NCBI RefSeq assembly: GCF_009834535.1
Contig: NC_045697.1
Location: 65,598,001 to 65,662,000, forward strand
Direction: 5' to 3'
Length of the DNA stretch: 64,000 nt
Source: Camelus ferus
Lineage: Eukaryota
Shown one piece after another: positions 1 through 12,400 of this stretch. Position numbers and translations under genes: made by a program. Within the stretch, counting starts at the first letter, position 1; each line of letters starts with the position of its first letter. The notes under the pieces are model-generated. The model made no database searches. It saw nothing but the letters and a program-made list of their open reading frames with translations, and was not told where the DNA came from.

Positions 1-2166
1 TAACCCACATCAGTCCGATACCAATCCATGACCTTACGTACTGGTTTTTCCTTATGTTGTAATTTGTCTCTTGGTGGTTCTTACAATTTGTTTGCTTGAT
101 CCACTGCTTCACTGAGGTTGCAGACCTCATGATGTGTGTATATCGGAGCTATGTAGTCATTTCTAACTTTGCCAGCATTAATTTGTGTTTAGACTTTCAT
201 GCAGTAGCAGTGGGAACAAAAGCCTCTATCAAATTTTTACATCCATAGATTTTTTTAAAGTAAAATCTAATGGAAAAAGATAATAATTGCACATGATGTT
301 TCCCTCAAGTGTAGTTCCACAATCCAAAATAACTAAGCATTCATTTTTTAAAAAAAATTATTTCTTTCTAATGCCAACTGACATTATGAAAAGTCAATAG
401 TGGGTATAATAAATCTCCCCTTCATTCTAATCTTATCACTAGACTGATTATGAAAGGGGAAAATCAGAGCCAAATAAGTTTTTTTAAAAACCTGATTCTC
501 TCCCCAAACTTAAAGATATCTTCTAATTTCATGCCTCAGCTGTGTTGGTAAACGTAATTGCAATGTTTCTTGGAAACATTCAAAGTTCCATTTGGAAATA
601 ATGTCAAACTTTCCAAGTCTAAATTTTCTTAGAAAAAACAAAAACTTTTTTCCACAGTATCATTCAATATCATGCTTCGTAATTGTTTATATTCACAAGG
701 TTTGCTCATGATTAAATAAAGCAACACTCATCTGTGTACCTTTTCCCAGCCCAATTTTGCCGTGCCATTAGCAAACATATACCAATCACATCTTTATCTC
801 TAAAACTCAAGTCACTTCTCCACACCAGGAAGGGCCGAGGTGGTTAGAGGTATGTCAGTGAAAGAGAGAGATTGGAAAGCAGCTACTTTTAAACAAGTGG
901 TTAACAGAAACTCATAGTTTGGTAGGAGAAATCCAATAGATTTATTCTTCGAAAGTTGAATATATTTTATAAAATTTACCCCTTTTTCAAAATTAGATAT
1001 TTATTGGCATCTAACCTTCTGGTGGCACTTGCCTTTAATAAAAGTTTTGAAAGTGAAATTTCCCTGGAGAAGATAACTCAAAATTTTAATTTCATATCCC
1101 TTCAGTGATGGGGCAGCCCAACATAACCATGTTCTGCAGCTTGGTATGATGTGATGTGGCAGGTTGCGACACACTCTTGATATATACAGTTCAGTTTCTA
1201 AAAAGGAAAGTATGTGTAATTTCTATAAGATTCTAATGACATCTGGGCTTTTTCATTGTCACTGAACAGTAACAACACATAGCTAAATTGTTTTCAAATA
1301 CTTAGAAAATGGAATGTACTCTTCCCTGTTGGCAACCAAGTTAAAAGTGGCTATGGTGAAATGGAGCATGTGAAGCTTTGAAGGTATTTTCAGAATAAAT
1401 ATTGGATAATAGCATCATCAACATGAACTGTATTAGTCTTTATTGTGATGCAATTTTCAAAACCATACTTATTTCACATATAAAAGTGAAAAGAGCTGGG
1501 GGAAAACCATAGTTGTATGGTTATAGTCATTAATAACTTTACAGTCAGATTGGTCTGTGATCCAGTCAACTTGAGGTCTTTCATGTTCTAGGGCAATAAG
1601 TAAACTTGGGTCTATTCAAAGAGATCCCAACATCCTTCCATATTTTTATGTTTAATGCATTTATTCTTCATAAGGGTTGAGGTTGGGCTAAACAAAATAC
1701 TGAGTTAATGCAGCCACTGAAGCAAACTAATTTTGGATTTCTTCCCAAGCATATGCAAAAAGAGCTTCATAAATATTCTATTCACTGGAGGAGACCACAT
1801 TTTCCCCTCCCATACCAGTAACAAGATTTTTGCATTCATATTTGTCTACATTTGGGAAAGGAAAAAAAAATACTGAGCTGTTGTTTTTCTCAGTTCTACA
1901 CAGTGAGGATCACTGGGCTTAGAACTCTACGTCTGTCTCCCAGTCTGGGGAAAGAGAGAATGGTAGCAACTGACAGGTGTTCTCTAATGAAACGATTTAT
2001 TCCTTTCCTTTGCCCCCATGGAGCTATGTAACTATCTTTGGTAAGTTACTATTAAAAAGATCATTACAATAATACTTTTGAAATTGAAGGTATTCCTAAC
2101 TATAAAAACTCCTAAATAAATATATTAGTTTCATTCAGTCAGTTCAACTAATTATATATCTATATA

Positions 2167-3539
2167 CAGTCAACCCTTAAACAATGTGAGACTTAGGGGT
2201 GCCAACTCCTGTGTATTCAAAAATCCGTATATAACTTTTTTTCTTTCAGTTTTATTGAAGTACGATTGACATACAGTACTATATAAATTTAAGGTATATG
2301 ACATAATGATTTGACTTACTTACATCATGGAATGATTACCACAATAAGTTCAGAGAACATCATATCATAAATACAGTATAAAAAAATAGAAAAAAATTAT
2401 TTTTCCTTGTGATGAGAACTTTTAAGATTTGTTTTCTTAACAACTTTCATATATAACATAGAACACTATTAATTATATTTATCATGTTGTACATTACATC
2501 TCTAATAATGTAATATTTATCGTATAACTAGAAGTTTGTACCTTTTGAATGTCTTCATCCAGTTCCCACTCTCCCCATTCCCCACTTTTAGTAACCACAA
2601 AGAGCTCTTTTTCTCTGAGTTTGTTTTTTGGCTGTTGTAAATAATGCTTCAATGAACACAGAGATGCATAAGCTTTTCTATTCAAATTTCAAATCCGAAA
2701 TAGCATAACCTTTCCAAATTAGTATTTTTATTTATTTATTTTTTTGGATAAATACCCAGAAGTGGAATTGCTGAATCATATGGTAGTTCTGTTCTTAATT
2801 TTTTGATGAATCATCATACTGTTTTCAATAGTGACTGCACACCAGTTTACATTCCCACCAACAGTGCACCAGTGTTCCCTTTTCTCTGCATCCTTACCAA
2901 CATTTGTTATTTGTTACCTTTTTTTATAATAGCCATTGTGACAGGTGTGAGGTGATATCTCATTGTGGTTTTGATTTGCATTTCCCTGGTGATTAGTGGT
3001 TTTGAGCATCTTTTCTTGTGCCTGTTGACCATCTGTATGTCCTCTTTGGAAAAATGTCTGTTCAGATCCCCTGACCATTTTTTAAGCAGGTTTTTTTTTT
3101 TTTTTTTTAATGTCAAGTTGTGTGAGGTCTTTGTATATTTTGGATATTAACTCCCTATTGGATATATCATTTGCACATATATTCCCTCATTCAGTAGGTG
3201 GCCTTTTCATTTTGTTGATAGTTTCCTTCACTGTGCAAAAGCTTTTTAGTTTAATGTAGTCCCATTTGTTAATCTTTGCTAATCCATGTTTAACTTTTGA
3301 ATCCCCCAGAACTTAACTGCTAATAGCCTACTGCTAACTTGAAACCTTACCAACAACACAAACTGTTAACACATATTTTGTGTAATATGTATTATATTAA
3401 AGTAAGCTAGAGAAAATAAAATGTTATTAAGAAAATCATAAGGAAAATATATTTATAGTACATATATCATTTTAATGTAAAAAATCTGTGTCTAAGTGGA
3501 CTCTCACAGTTCAAACCCATGTTGTGCAAGAGTCAACTG
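2167..3539. mobile_element. Tigger2-family (TcMar-Tigger) non-autonomous DNA transposon, split by an L1 insertion
   Basis: TIRs cagtcaacccttaaacaa (2167-) and ttgtgcaagagtcaactg (-3539). TA at both flanks (2165-2166, 3540-3541). Internal Tigger2-like motifs acttaactgctaatagcctactg and aaagtaagctagagaaaataaaatgttattaagaaaatcataagg. Confidence 0.85.
2240..3280 (-). mobile_element. 5'-truncated LINE-1 (L1MA-type): 3' UTR plus ORF2 C-terminus
   Basis: ORF 2907-3116(-) gives [28 protein letters not shown] (L1 ORF2p C-terminal region). T-rich tail at the left end. Degenerate 18-bp TSD at 2222-2239 and 3281-3298. Confidence 0.92.
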
Positions 3540-3559
3540 TAGATATTTAAACACTGTGC

Positions 3560-4110
3560 TGGGTGTCTAGTCTATAAAGATATTTAGATACTATCCCTGA
3601 AACAATCTATTTGGGCAAATAGCAATGTAGAATTCAATAACATAGGGCTATGATAAATTTATTTATTAAAGGCTATATGAACATAAGGGAAAGAATGATT
3701 TAAGTCAGTAACTTGGAGAGAAAGGGGAGGAGAAAGGAAAGACACTACTGGGCATCACAGAAGTTCTGTGAGGTATCATCTGAGAGTTTGATCTTGAAGG
3801 ATAAATTTCGAGGGGTTGAAGGAGTGGCTTATAGCAGAGGTATGAAACTCCTTAAAGAGTATCTAGCAAAGGGTAGATGACCAAGATATGTTAACTTCCT
3901 TCCTGGATTGAGACAGGTGATGTAAAAGTAGCAGAAAATGAAATAGAAAAGGAGGGTGGGATCACAAATTAAAGGGCATGATAAAGAGTGTGAAGGAATT
4001 TGGAATTTTTCCTAGAGATAGTGAAAAGTGACATCATTGAAGCAAGACAGCTTTATCTGTGCAGAGGAGGGTGAGTGGGAGGGAGAAGATGGAGGAGTGT
4101 CAGGAAACTC
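3560..4110 (-). mobile_element. Degenerate L2 fragment
   Basis: Purine-rich L2-antisense texture (e.g. gatcttgaaggata, aaggaatttggaatttttcct); highly diverged. Confidence 0.5.
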
Positions 4111-4719
4111 AGTAGAGGTGTCTAATGTACATATATTTATGGCACTTAACAGTATGTCTCTACTTGATATTAACCTGTTCCACATATCTTCTTGTTTCAA
4201 GGGCTCTTTATTTGAAAATATCTAAAGATTAAGGGTAATTTAAGAGAAATTTAGCTTGAGAAACTTTATATCCCTTGGCTAATATTTACATTTCTTGTAA
4301 ATCCAAGACTTTTGCCTCAGTTTATTCTTTTAAGATATTTAAAGAGAGGTTGTGATTTACTACCTCTTAGTTAAAAAGACGGGGAGGAAGAGAGTTACTA
4401 TTGTGAGGGAATTCTAGAAATCACTCTGGTTAGGATACTTTTCAGATACAATTTTGCCCAAAATTTGCAACTCAAGGTTTGCTATTCATGGATCCCATCC
4501 TGCCTATTAATTACTTTTAGGCTTAAGCCGTCAAAAAAGAAATCAGACTTATTTTTATTCAATTTTAATATGTTTTCTTCTTCTTATAAAAGTAACACAA
4601 GTCTATTTTGAGCAAATTAGAAAGTAGAGTAAAATTTGAAGGACAGAACATGTATAATACATAATCTGTCATAAAGCAGTAAGTTCTATTAATATTTAAG
4701 TTAACTTTCTTTAAAAGTA

Positions 4720-7035
4720 AAGAGATGACCCATACACCCTTCACCTAGTTTCCCACACTGGTTACATCTTCAGTAATTATAGTACAATATCCAAGTCAGG
4801 AAATTGACATGGGTACAATGTGTACATATAGTACTGTGCCATTTCATCACAAGTGTGAAATCTGTAACTATCACTGCAATACAGATACAGATTCCATCAT
4901 TACAGAAATCTCCCTTCTTCTACCTATATAGACACACTCACCCACCCCTTCTTCCCCACCATCCCCAACCCTTGGAACCACTAATATGTTCTTCACTCCT
5001 GTATTTTTCAGTATTTTAAGAGTGTTATATAACTAGAATCATATAGCATGTGACCTTTTGAAATTGGCTTTTGTTTTCACTCACCATAATGCCCTTGAGT
5101 TCCAGCCAAGTTGTTGCATACATCAATAGTTAATTGCTTTTTATTGCTTAGTAGTAATTGATGGTACTGTTGTACCAGTTTGTTTAAAATTTACCTATTG
5201 AATAGCAGTTTTGTTGTTTCCAGTTTTTAGCCATTATAGATAAATCTGCTAAGAACATTTATGTGTAGGTTTTTGTGGGGATGTTTTCTTTTCTCTGGCA
5301 TAAATGCTCAGGAGTGTAATTATTAGATAATGTGTTAAGTGTATGATTCATTTTTAAGAAACTGTCAAACTGTTTTCCAGAGTGGCTGCACCATTTTACA
5401 TCCCACCAGCAATGTATGCAGGATCTCATTTCTCTGCATCCTTGCCAGCATTTGATGTTGTCACTATTTTTTAAATTTAGCCACTCTGATAGGACTGTAG
5501 TGATATCTTACTGTGATCTTAATTTGCATTTCCCTAGTGGCTAGTGATGTTCAATATCTTTGTATGTGCTTTTTGCCATCCTTATATCCTCTTATGTGAA
5601 AAGTCCCTTCATGTCTTTTGTCCATTTTCTAATTGGATCATTTGCTTTTTACTGTTGAGAGTTCTTTACGTGTTCTAGATACAAGTTCTTTGTCAGATAT
5701 GTGGTTGGCAAACATTTTCTCCTAGTCTATTGCTTGTCTTTTCATCCTCTTTGTAGGGTCTCACATTAGAACAAAAGTTTTAAATTTTGTTGAAGTCGAA
5801 TTTATCCATTTTTTTTTAAGGATTGTGCTTTTGGTGTTATGTCAAAGACTTTTCAAGCAAGTCTTAGATCCCCGAAATTTTCAACTGTTTTCTTCTAAAA
5901 CTTTATAGTTTTACATTTCACATTTAAATCCATAATCCATTTTGAGTTATGTTTTGTATTAGATGTAAAGTTTAGGTTGAAGTTCTTTTTTTTTTTCTTT
6001 TGCCTATGCATATTCAAATGTCCAGGAGCATTTGCTGAAAAAACTATCTGTCCTTCATTGGATTGCTTGTGCATCTTTGTAAAGGAAGATCAGTTGATAC
6101 ATTGTATGAGTCTATTTCTGAATTCTCAATCCTGTCCTATTGATCTACATATCTGTCCTTCTGCCAATAACATAGATTTGATTACTGTAGCTTGAAATTG
6201 AGTATAGAAGTTCCTCCCACTTACTCCTTTTTCCCAGAATTATTTTAGCTATTCTACTTCCTTTGCCTTTCCATATAAACTTTAAAATAATCTTGTCTGT
6301 ATGTACATAAAACTATCACTAGGATTTTAATAGGAATTGCATTAAATCTGTATGTAAATTTGGGGAGTATTCACATCTTTAGTGTGTTGAATCTTCTAGT
6401 TTATGAACACAGTATATCTCTCTGCTTATTTAGATCTTTGATTTCTTTCATCAGCATTTTGTAATTTACAGCATATAAGTCTTGTATATGTTAAAGTTAT
6501 ACCTAAGTATTTCTTTTTCCCCCAGTGATTAGAAATTGGATTTTTGAATTTGGTTTCCACATATACATTGCTAGGATAAAAATACAATTGTTTTCATCTG
6601 CTGATTTTATTTTATGATCTTGCTGTGAGTTCTAGGGGTTCTAGGAGTTTTGGTAGATTCGGGGGGATTTTCTATGTAAATCTTCATGCCATTTACAAAA
6701 GTGAGCAGTTGTATTTCTTTCTTTCTCATCTGTATACTTTGTATTTCCTTTTGTCACCTTTTCTGTGCCGACTAGAAACGTCAGTACTAGAGGGTGGACA
6801 TTCTACGTGGTTCCCCATCTTGCAAAGCAGTCAGTCTTTCTCTCATTATTAGGCATAATGTCAGCTGTAAGATTTTTGTAGGTATTTGTTATCAAGTTGA
6901 AGAAATTCTTTTCTATTTCTATGTGTTTTTATCATGAATGGGTGTTGGATTTTATCAGATGCTTTTTTTTTTTCCCATCAATTGATGTGCTCTGATGATT
7001 TTTTCTTTAGCCTGCTTGGTGGACTATATTGTGTG
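4720..7035 (-). mobile_element. Old LINE-1 (L1MB/L1MC-type), 3' UTR and 3' part of ORF2
   Basis: L1MC-like 3' UTR motif cccttcacctagtttccc...tatagtacaatatc...aggaaattgacat. L1 antisense ORF2 motifs ccattttacatcccaccagcaatgtatg, aatttgcatttccct and ggaattgcattaaatctgta. Confidence 0.88.
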
Positions 7036-7149
7036 ATTAACAAACTATTTTCAAAATGGAGAGGCTGACTGTATCTCCCTCTCCTGTTTCTTCTTCACCA
7101 TTTTCTTAAATCTTGCTTTTCTTCTTGATTTTCTTGCTTCCATTGATAT

Positions 7150-7690
7150 GAGGCCGTAAAAGACCCAGTCTTCCCCTGCCTGCTGCTTCACTTCTTGTTC
7201 TCTTTTCTCCTACCTCAACCACTACTTCCTTCTATCCACTGTCTTCCCATTCAAGTTTATCCTCCAGAGTGTGGAGTCCATACAGTTGCCTTCTTCCATC
7301 TTTAAAATTGGCTCTGAAAACTCCATTATTACCTCATTCTATCAAAATAAACTTCAACTCTATCAACAGAGTTTACTTAACTCTTCAAAAACTGATCAGC
7401 CTCTTTTTTGTCTACCGACACCAGTTAATCCATTCTCACACTTGTTCATGCTCTAGTCAAGCCAAACTCTTGTTGGGCATTTCATGTTTCTGTGGCATTT
7501 ACATGCTGTTCCCACTCCCTAAAGTGACCCAGACTTCCATTCTTCTCTTCTGGCATCTTCCATTTGCACAAGCTCAGTTAGTCATTATGCATGTGTCTTC
7601 TCTTTGAGAGTATAAATTTTTCAATGGCAAGGACTACATCATATTCATATTTGTGCCCCTAGTGCCTCTCAGAGTGCCCGGCACAGATTA
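7150..7690 (+). mobile_element. L2 3' fragment
   Basis: Pyrimidine-rich body ending in ggcaaggactacatc...tgcctctcagagtgcccggcacag, an L2 3'-end motif. Confidence 0.55.
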
Positions 7691-7699
7691 TGAATAAGA

Positions 7700-7895
7700 G
7701 CTGCCAGCATTGACTGAGTGCTTGCTATGTAACAGACACTTCCCTAATGCTTTGTGTAGATTGTCTCATTTAATGCTTGTAATAGCTCCAAGGGAGACAT
7801 ATTATTTTCATCTCCTTTTTGAAGATGACAAAACTAAAAGCTAGGGTAGTAAACCCAGGCAGTCTGGCACTAGAACCTTTTTTCTTCACCAGTGG
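7700..7895 (-). mobile_element. MIR SINE
   Basis: ctgagtgcttgctatgt, ctcatttaatgct, attattttcatctcctttttgaagatgacaaaactaaagct: MIR core in antisense. Confidence 0.7.
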
Positions 7896-8109
7896 CCCAT
7901 AGCATCTGCAATTAGCAAATACACTAGCTCTTTATTGAATGAAATAAATAAATAATATATTCATGAATACGTGAATGAATGAAAATCGTCAGCATCAGGT
8001 TTTTGAAAAATAAAGAGTTTTGCAGGAAAGAATTAATGGCTGAATTATATTTAGCTAAGTTAATTCCAGATATTTCTAAGTTACATGGTATCCTGGAAAC
8101 AGGCACCGG

Positions 8110-8300
8110 AAGCCATGGATTCAAATAAATCTGCATTTAAATTCTCTCCCACTTAGTAGCTAAATGATCTTGTCATTTTCCATAATCATTTTAAGCCTTA
8201 TTTTCATTAAGGGTAGGAAAAGAATGAGTTCCACTTCATAAGTTTAGTGTAAAGAATAAATGGGGGAAAAAGACATAAATAACAGCACAGTTCCCGGACA
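8110..8300 (+). mobile_element. MIR SINE
   Basis: ggattcaaat...ccacttagtagctaaatgatcttg...aagccttattttcatt, MIR-like. Confidence 0.5.
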
Positions 8301-8929
8301 CTCCTTACCTGGGCTTTGTTTCCATTTTTCTGCTTGTTTCCCAGAAGCTCATGTAGGTTCCTTGGACAACTCTTCCTTCCACGCCATTTTTGATGGTACT
8401 GATAACAATTCTTTTTACCATTTTGTCCATGATATCATATACTACAGTATTCCTTTTACTTGGTTCAACCAGACCTCAAAGTTCCCTGCCGCCACTATTG
8501 CTTCTGACACAGCTACCCCTGCCTTCCCTCATGGGTGCTGTTTTCTTGCCCAGCCACTTACTCCCACAAAGGTTAAAAAAAAAACTATCAGCAATCCTTA
8601 TCTGATCTTAAGCATAAGTAAGGACTTACCGGAATGATTCACTTTGTTGTCTCACTTGAGCTTGATTAACTACCACGAAGGTCAAGCTGTTAGTGCTACT
8701 GACTAACACGAGGCCTGGCTCAGCACATCTGCTCGTCAGGCAGGTTTTCCCTTTTAACTCATCTTTAATTCCCCCTCTTGTAACCCATAGCTCATATACC
8801 ACTTCCTCTGTGTAGCTTTCCACAGAGTATATTCATAACCAAACTTAATGGCTCTGGTTTTGAATGCCTTTGTGTCTGCCTTGTTTACACCCTGAACTCT
8901 ATCTAGCCTTGTCCTGGAGTATTATCCTA

Positions 8930-9060
8930 CTTGTTTTATCTTCCCAGTTACAATGTCTGTTCTTGAGGATGGTTTTATCACCTTCGCAGCAACACAGTGC
9001 CTTATCTAGTCCCTTACTGAGTACACAGTTGGTTACAAGTAAATATTGAATAAATGAACC
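8930..9060 (+). mobile_element. L2 3' end
   Basis: aacacagtgcct...gtaaatattgaataaatgaa, the typical L2 terminal motif. Confidence 0.55.
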
Positions 9061-11439
9061 AGAAAGGGATTTCTCAGAATCTGACCCGAGACTATGGCAC
9101 TCCATGACTTGTTTATAGACCTCATAAGAAATCAGAAAGAAATATGAAAGCCGTTTCTTTGTCCTATTATTCCAGGATAAGACAGGGAGCCCAGAGTTGG
9201 TTGCTTCCAGACTTTCCTTAGTGTCTCCCCCACTTCAGTCTTCCAGTAGGAGGCTATTTCTTAGCTCTCAGCGGGGAATTGCACACTTTATTAGGAGCAG
9301 CCAAAATCAAGGTGGCTGGAGCAAGTTGGGCTTTTTATGTTTTGGTTTTGTACAGAATTGTGAGGTTGAGCTTCAGGGTACACAGACACTGCAGACGGAG
9401 GAAGACATTCATCTCCTTACTCTATATCGTTCAGTGTGGAAATGGCTCACTTGTCAAAGCACTGAAGTACAACAGTGATGGATGTTTTATAAACATATAG
9501 CCATCTAGATGTTTTAGACAGGATTTCGTCTTTCTGTTTGAAAAAACAAAAACAAAAAACCTCTCAGAAGTGTGCTGGTCTTTCAAAGCCACCCTTCAAT
9601 GAGCATTTAAGGAACAGGGCTATTTTAGCATGACTATGGACTCTGTTTACACTGAGCGCACCAAGATGAAAATTTTGCCAAACTGATAAGCTCTCACAAC
9701 CTCTCAGATGATCTCCTTCTTCTGCACAAGCTGACTTATTCTAAACAAGTCAAATCCTCCTTTCCTTCTCTCTCTCCAGCCTTAATCTAAAAACCTATTA
9801 AGCACTCGGGAATATAAATTCCTGTCTTCTCTCTATTTCCTGTTATTTTCCTTCCTCACCTGAAGTCAACTGAATAAATAAATTCTATCTCCCACAAGTA
9901 TGAGAAGGCGGTAAAACGCCTATACCTGGGAGTACTCTGTTCAGTCGTTGCAGAGGAGCCTGTGTGCATGGCCCGGGCTTTCATGAACTTAATGTAGGAA
10001 GAGTAGGTGCTAAGCGTGAGCGACAGTGGAATCTGCAGGCAGGCTTGTTTGGCAGAACACTGCTGAAGGAGACTGGAGACCTAGGTTTGAGCGTTCAAGT
10101 CTCTTTCCTGCTGCTAAATAATGCAGGTTTTTCAACTAATCTGTACCTTAGTTTTCCATCTTTGCAAATGTGATCTGTTCCTCCTCTCACTCCCCAACTG
10201 TTTTTTTCAACAGTTTTAATTAAGTTATTTTTCAATGCCCCGTCACCTATAAACTTCTATATCAACTACACAAATGTGGTATCTTATTAAACAAGGTCTG
10301 GGATAAATGATAAAAAATGTACATATTTGTGTAGATTACTTAATAAAAGAAATCCTAGATTGGAAGACAGAACTGGAAGGAAACTCTTGTTTTGCTTTTT
10401 CTCTCTCACCTTGTTTTTCTAGTCCCATCTTTCTTTCTTAGTCCAGCTCACCATCACACCAGCAATTTGATGTGCCGACTTCCACAAAGTATTTGTTTGA
10501 CCCCATTAGTTCTCTGATCCTCTTAGGTCCTCCACAAGCTCCTGTCATGTAAAGACAGTCAATTTATTTTTAATGGCTTTCTCCTCCACCCCTACACACA
10601 CACAATTACTCACTCCACACACCCCTACCACAGCCCTCATTTCTCCAACCCTGATCTTTTAGCCCAAGGGAAAGGTTGGAAAGCACCAGATGCCCCAGGT
10701 CAGGGGAAGTCGTGGGGAAGGCAAGGGACGAGATCTGCAGCCAGTTGGCTGGGCTGCTTTTTCAGATGATGATTGCCATTTTCTGAGAGAGATGCTGCAG
10801 AACTCTCCACATTCACTGCTGAATGGAGGGTGGGAAGCACATTTAAAAAACAGCTGGGCATTTGCAACCCAAGTGGCTATGAATAAGACCTGACTCTGAG
10901 CAATAGTACATGCATTTTATATATGCTTTTAGCTGACATTTCTCAAAAAAAGAAATATACCTAGTTGGGAATATAGGATAATTTATCTGAATGATACAAA
11001 AAAATATATTTTTTAAAAAATCCACAGACCTAATGTACTGGAAAGAAGGAAAACATCTCTTTTGGGAAATTTTCAGTGATTAATAGACACCTGGCCCCCT
11101 GCTCTCTATTTTGAAGAGCCAGGATTTTTTATTTTAGTTAGATTCATTAGAATCTCCACTGAAACAATGACCTTACACCTTATTTCCACAGTAGTGTTTC
11201 ATTGGGTCTTCAAATAGGCTATTAAATTAGCGCTACTGTTATTTCTGATAAATTCTTTCTCTCCAGTTGTTTCTTTCCACTAGGAATAATCTGATACTTT
11301 GATTAATGTTTTGAGCTCCTTAAAAGACCTTATAGGGAAAAAATTACAAATTACTATTGATTCTTCATTTGAATGCACACTGTATTTTATTTGGGTCATT
11401 GTTTTATGTAGTAATATTATGTATTATTGTATCACAGCT

Positions 11440-11773
11440 TGTTAGTGGTCCAGATGTGAGGTAGTGATCAATGGTTCAATGTCAGCCTTGGAGGGTATAT
11501 TGAATGAAATTTTTCCGTAACTCAGTGCTGGCCCTGATTCTGATTAACATTTTCAGTGTTAGTTTGAAGTATGGAATAGGGAGTAAGCTTATTAAATATG
11601 CAGATTACTTTATATTGAGTAGGGGTGATTATTGACTAGAACCACACTGTAAGAATTTGTAAGGACCTTGACAAATTAAACAAGGTGACTAGAAGTAAGA
11701 TGAAGTTTAATAAGGACAAATATGTGATAATTCACTCAGAGATGGAAAGATCAAACTCTGGGGGTGAGTGTGG

Positions 11774-11806
<33 letters not shown>

Positions 11807-12400
11807 TATCTGTGACAGTTCAAAATTAGAGGATGAAGGCAGTTTCAGAGTGAGTCATCTGTCAATTACAAATTTGGAATGTAGTATTGGTGTTTATAAA
11901 GAAAGTGACCCAAGTCACCTAGCAGTATGAAAGTCGTTCAGAGCTTTTAAACCACCATGATCTATTTATAAGGTCCGTAAATTACACAAAAAAATTGCAA
12001 TAGAAGAGAGAAAAGATGGCTTAGTTAATTACAAAGTAAAAATGGGAGTAATAGATCCTGTGAGTAAAACTAAAGGGATTTAGTGTTTAACTCAGCAAAG
12101 AGAAGGCTGAAGGATGAAAATGGAAAAGAAACATTTTATTGCATAAAGAAATAGTGTCCCAGAGGTGGTGAGTACCTGTTATCCGTTTGGCTGAGGACAA
12201 AATGAGAGGCTTATGTGAAATAGGAGGATTTTAGGTTAGGCATGAATAAAGACTGCCTGGTATTAAGTTTTCTAAGTCATAAAAATGCCTTACGAAGAAA
12301 AATAAAGTCAGTTTTGGAGGCTGGCTTCTGTGCCTCAAGGAATGTAATTGAATTATGAGATACCTCCAGAAACTCTTTCAATTCTCTGATGTTATGATTG
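11440..12400 (+). mobile_element. L3/CR1 LINE fossil (RT domain to 3' end, internally deleted)
   Basis: Degenerate CR1 RT peptides VVINGSMS, SVLALILINIF (cf. SVLGPxLFNIF), LIKYAD (cf. FADD), KDLDKL, MKFNKDK, KRRL. 3' end gatacctccagaaactctttcaattctctgatgttatgatt resembles the L3 tail. Confidence 0.8.
11774..11808. repeat. (TG)n microsatellite inside the L3
   Basis: Directly visible TG run. Confidence 0.95.

Noticed and set aside
8260..8637. 125-aa ORF
   Set aside because: Starts in a MIR remnant, has no recognisable homology and no clear exon signals. The length is compatible with chance.
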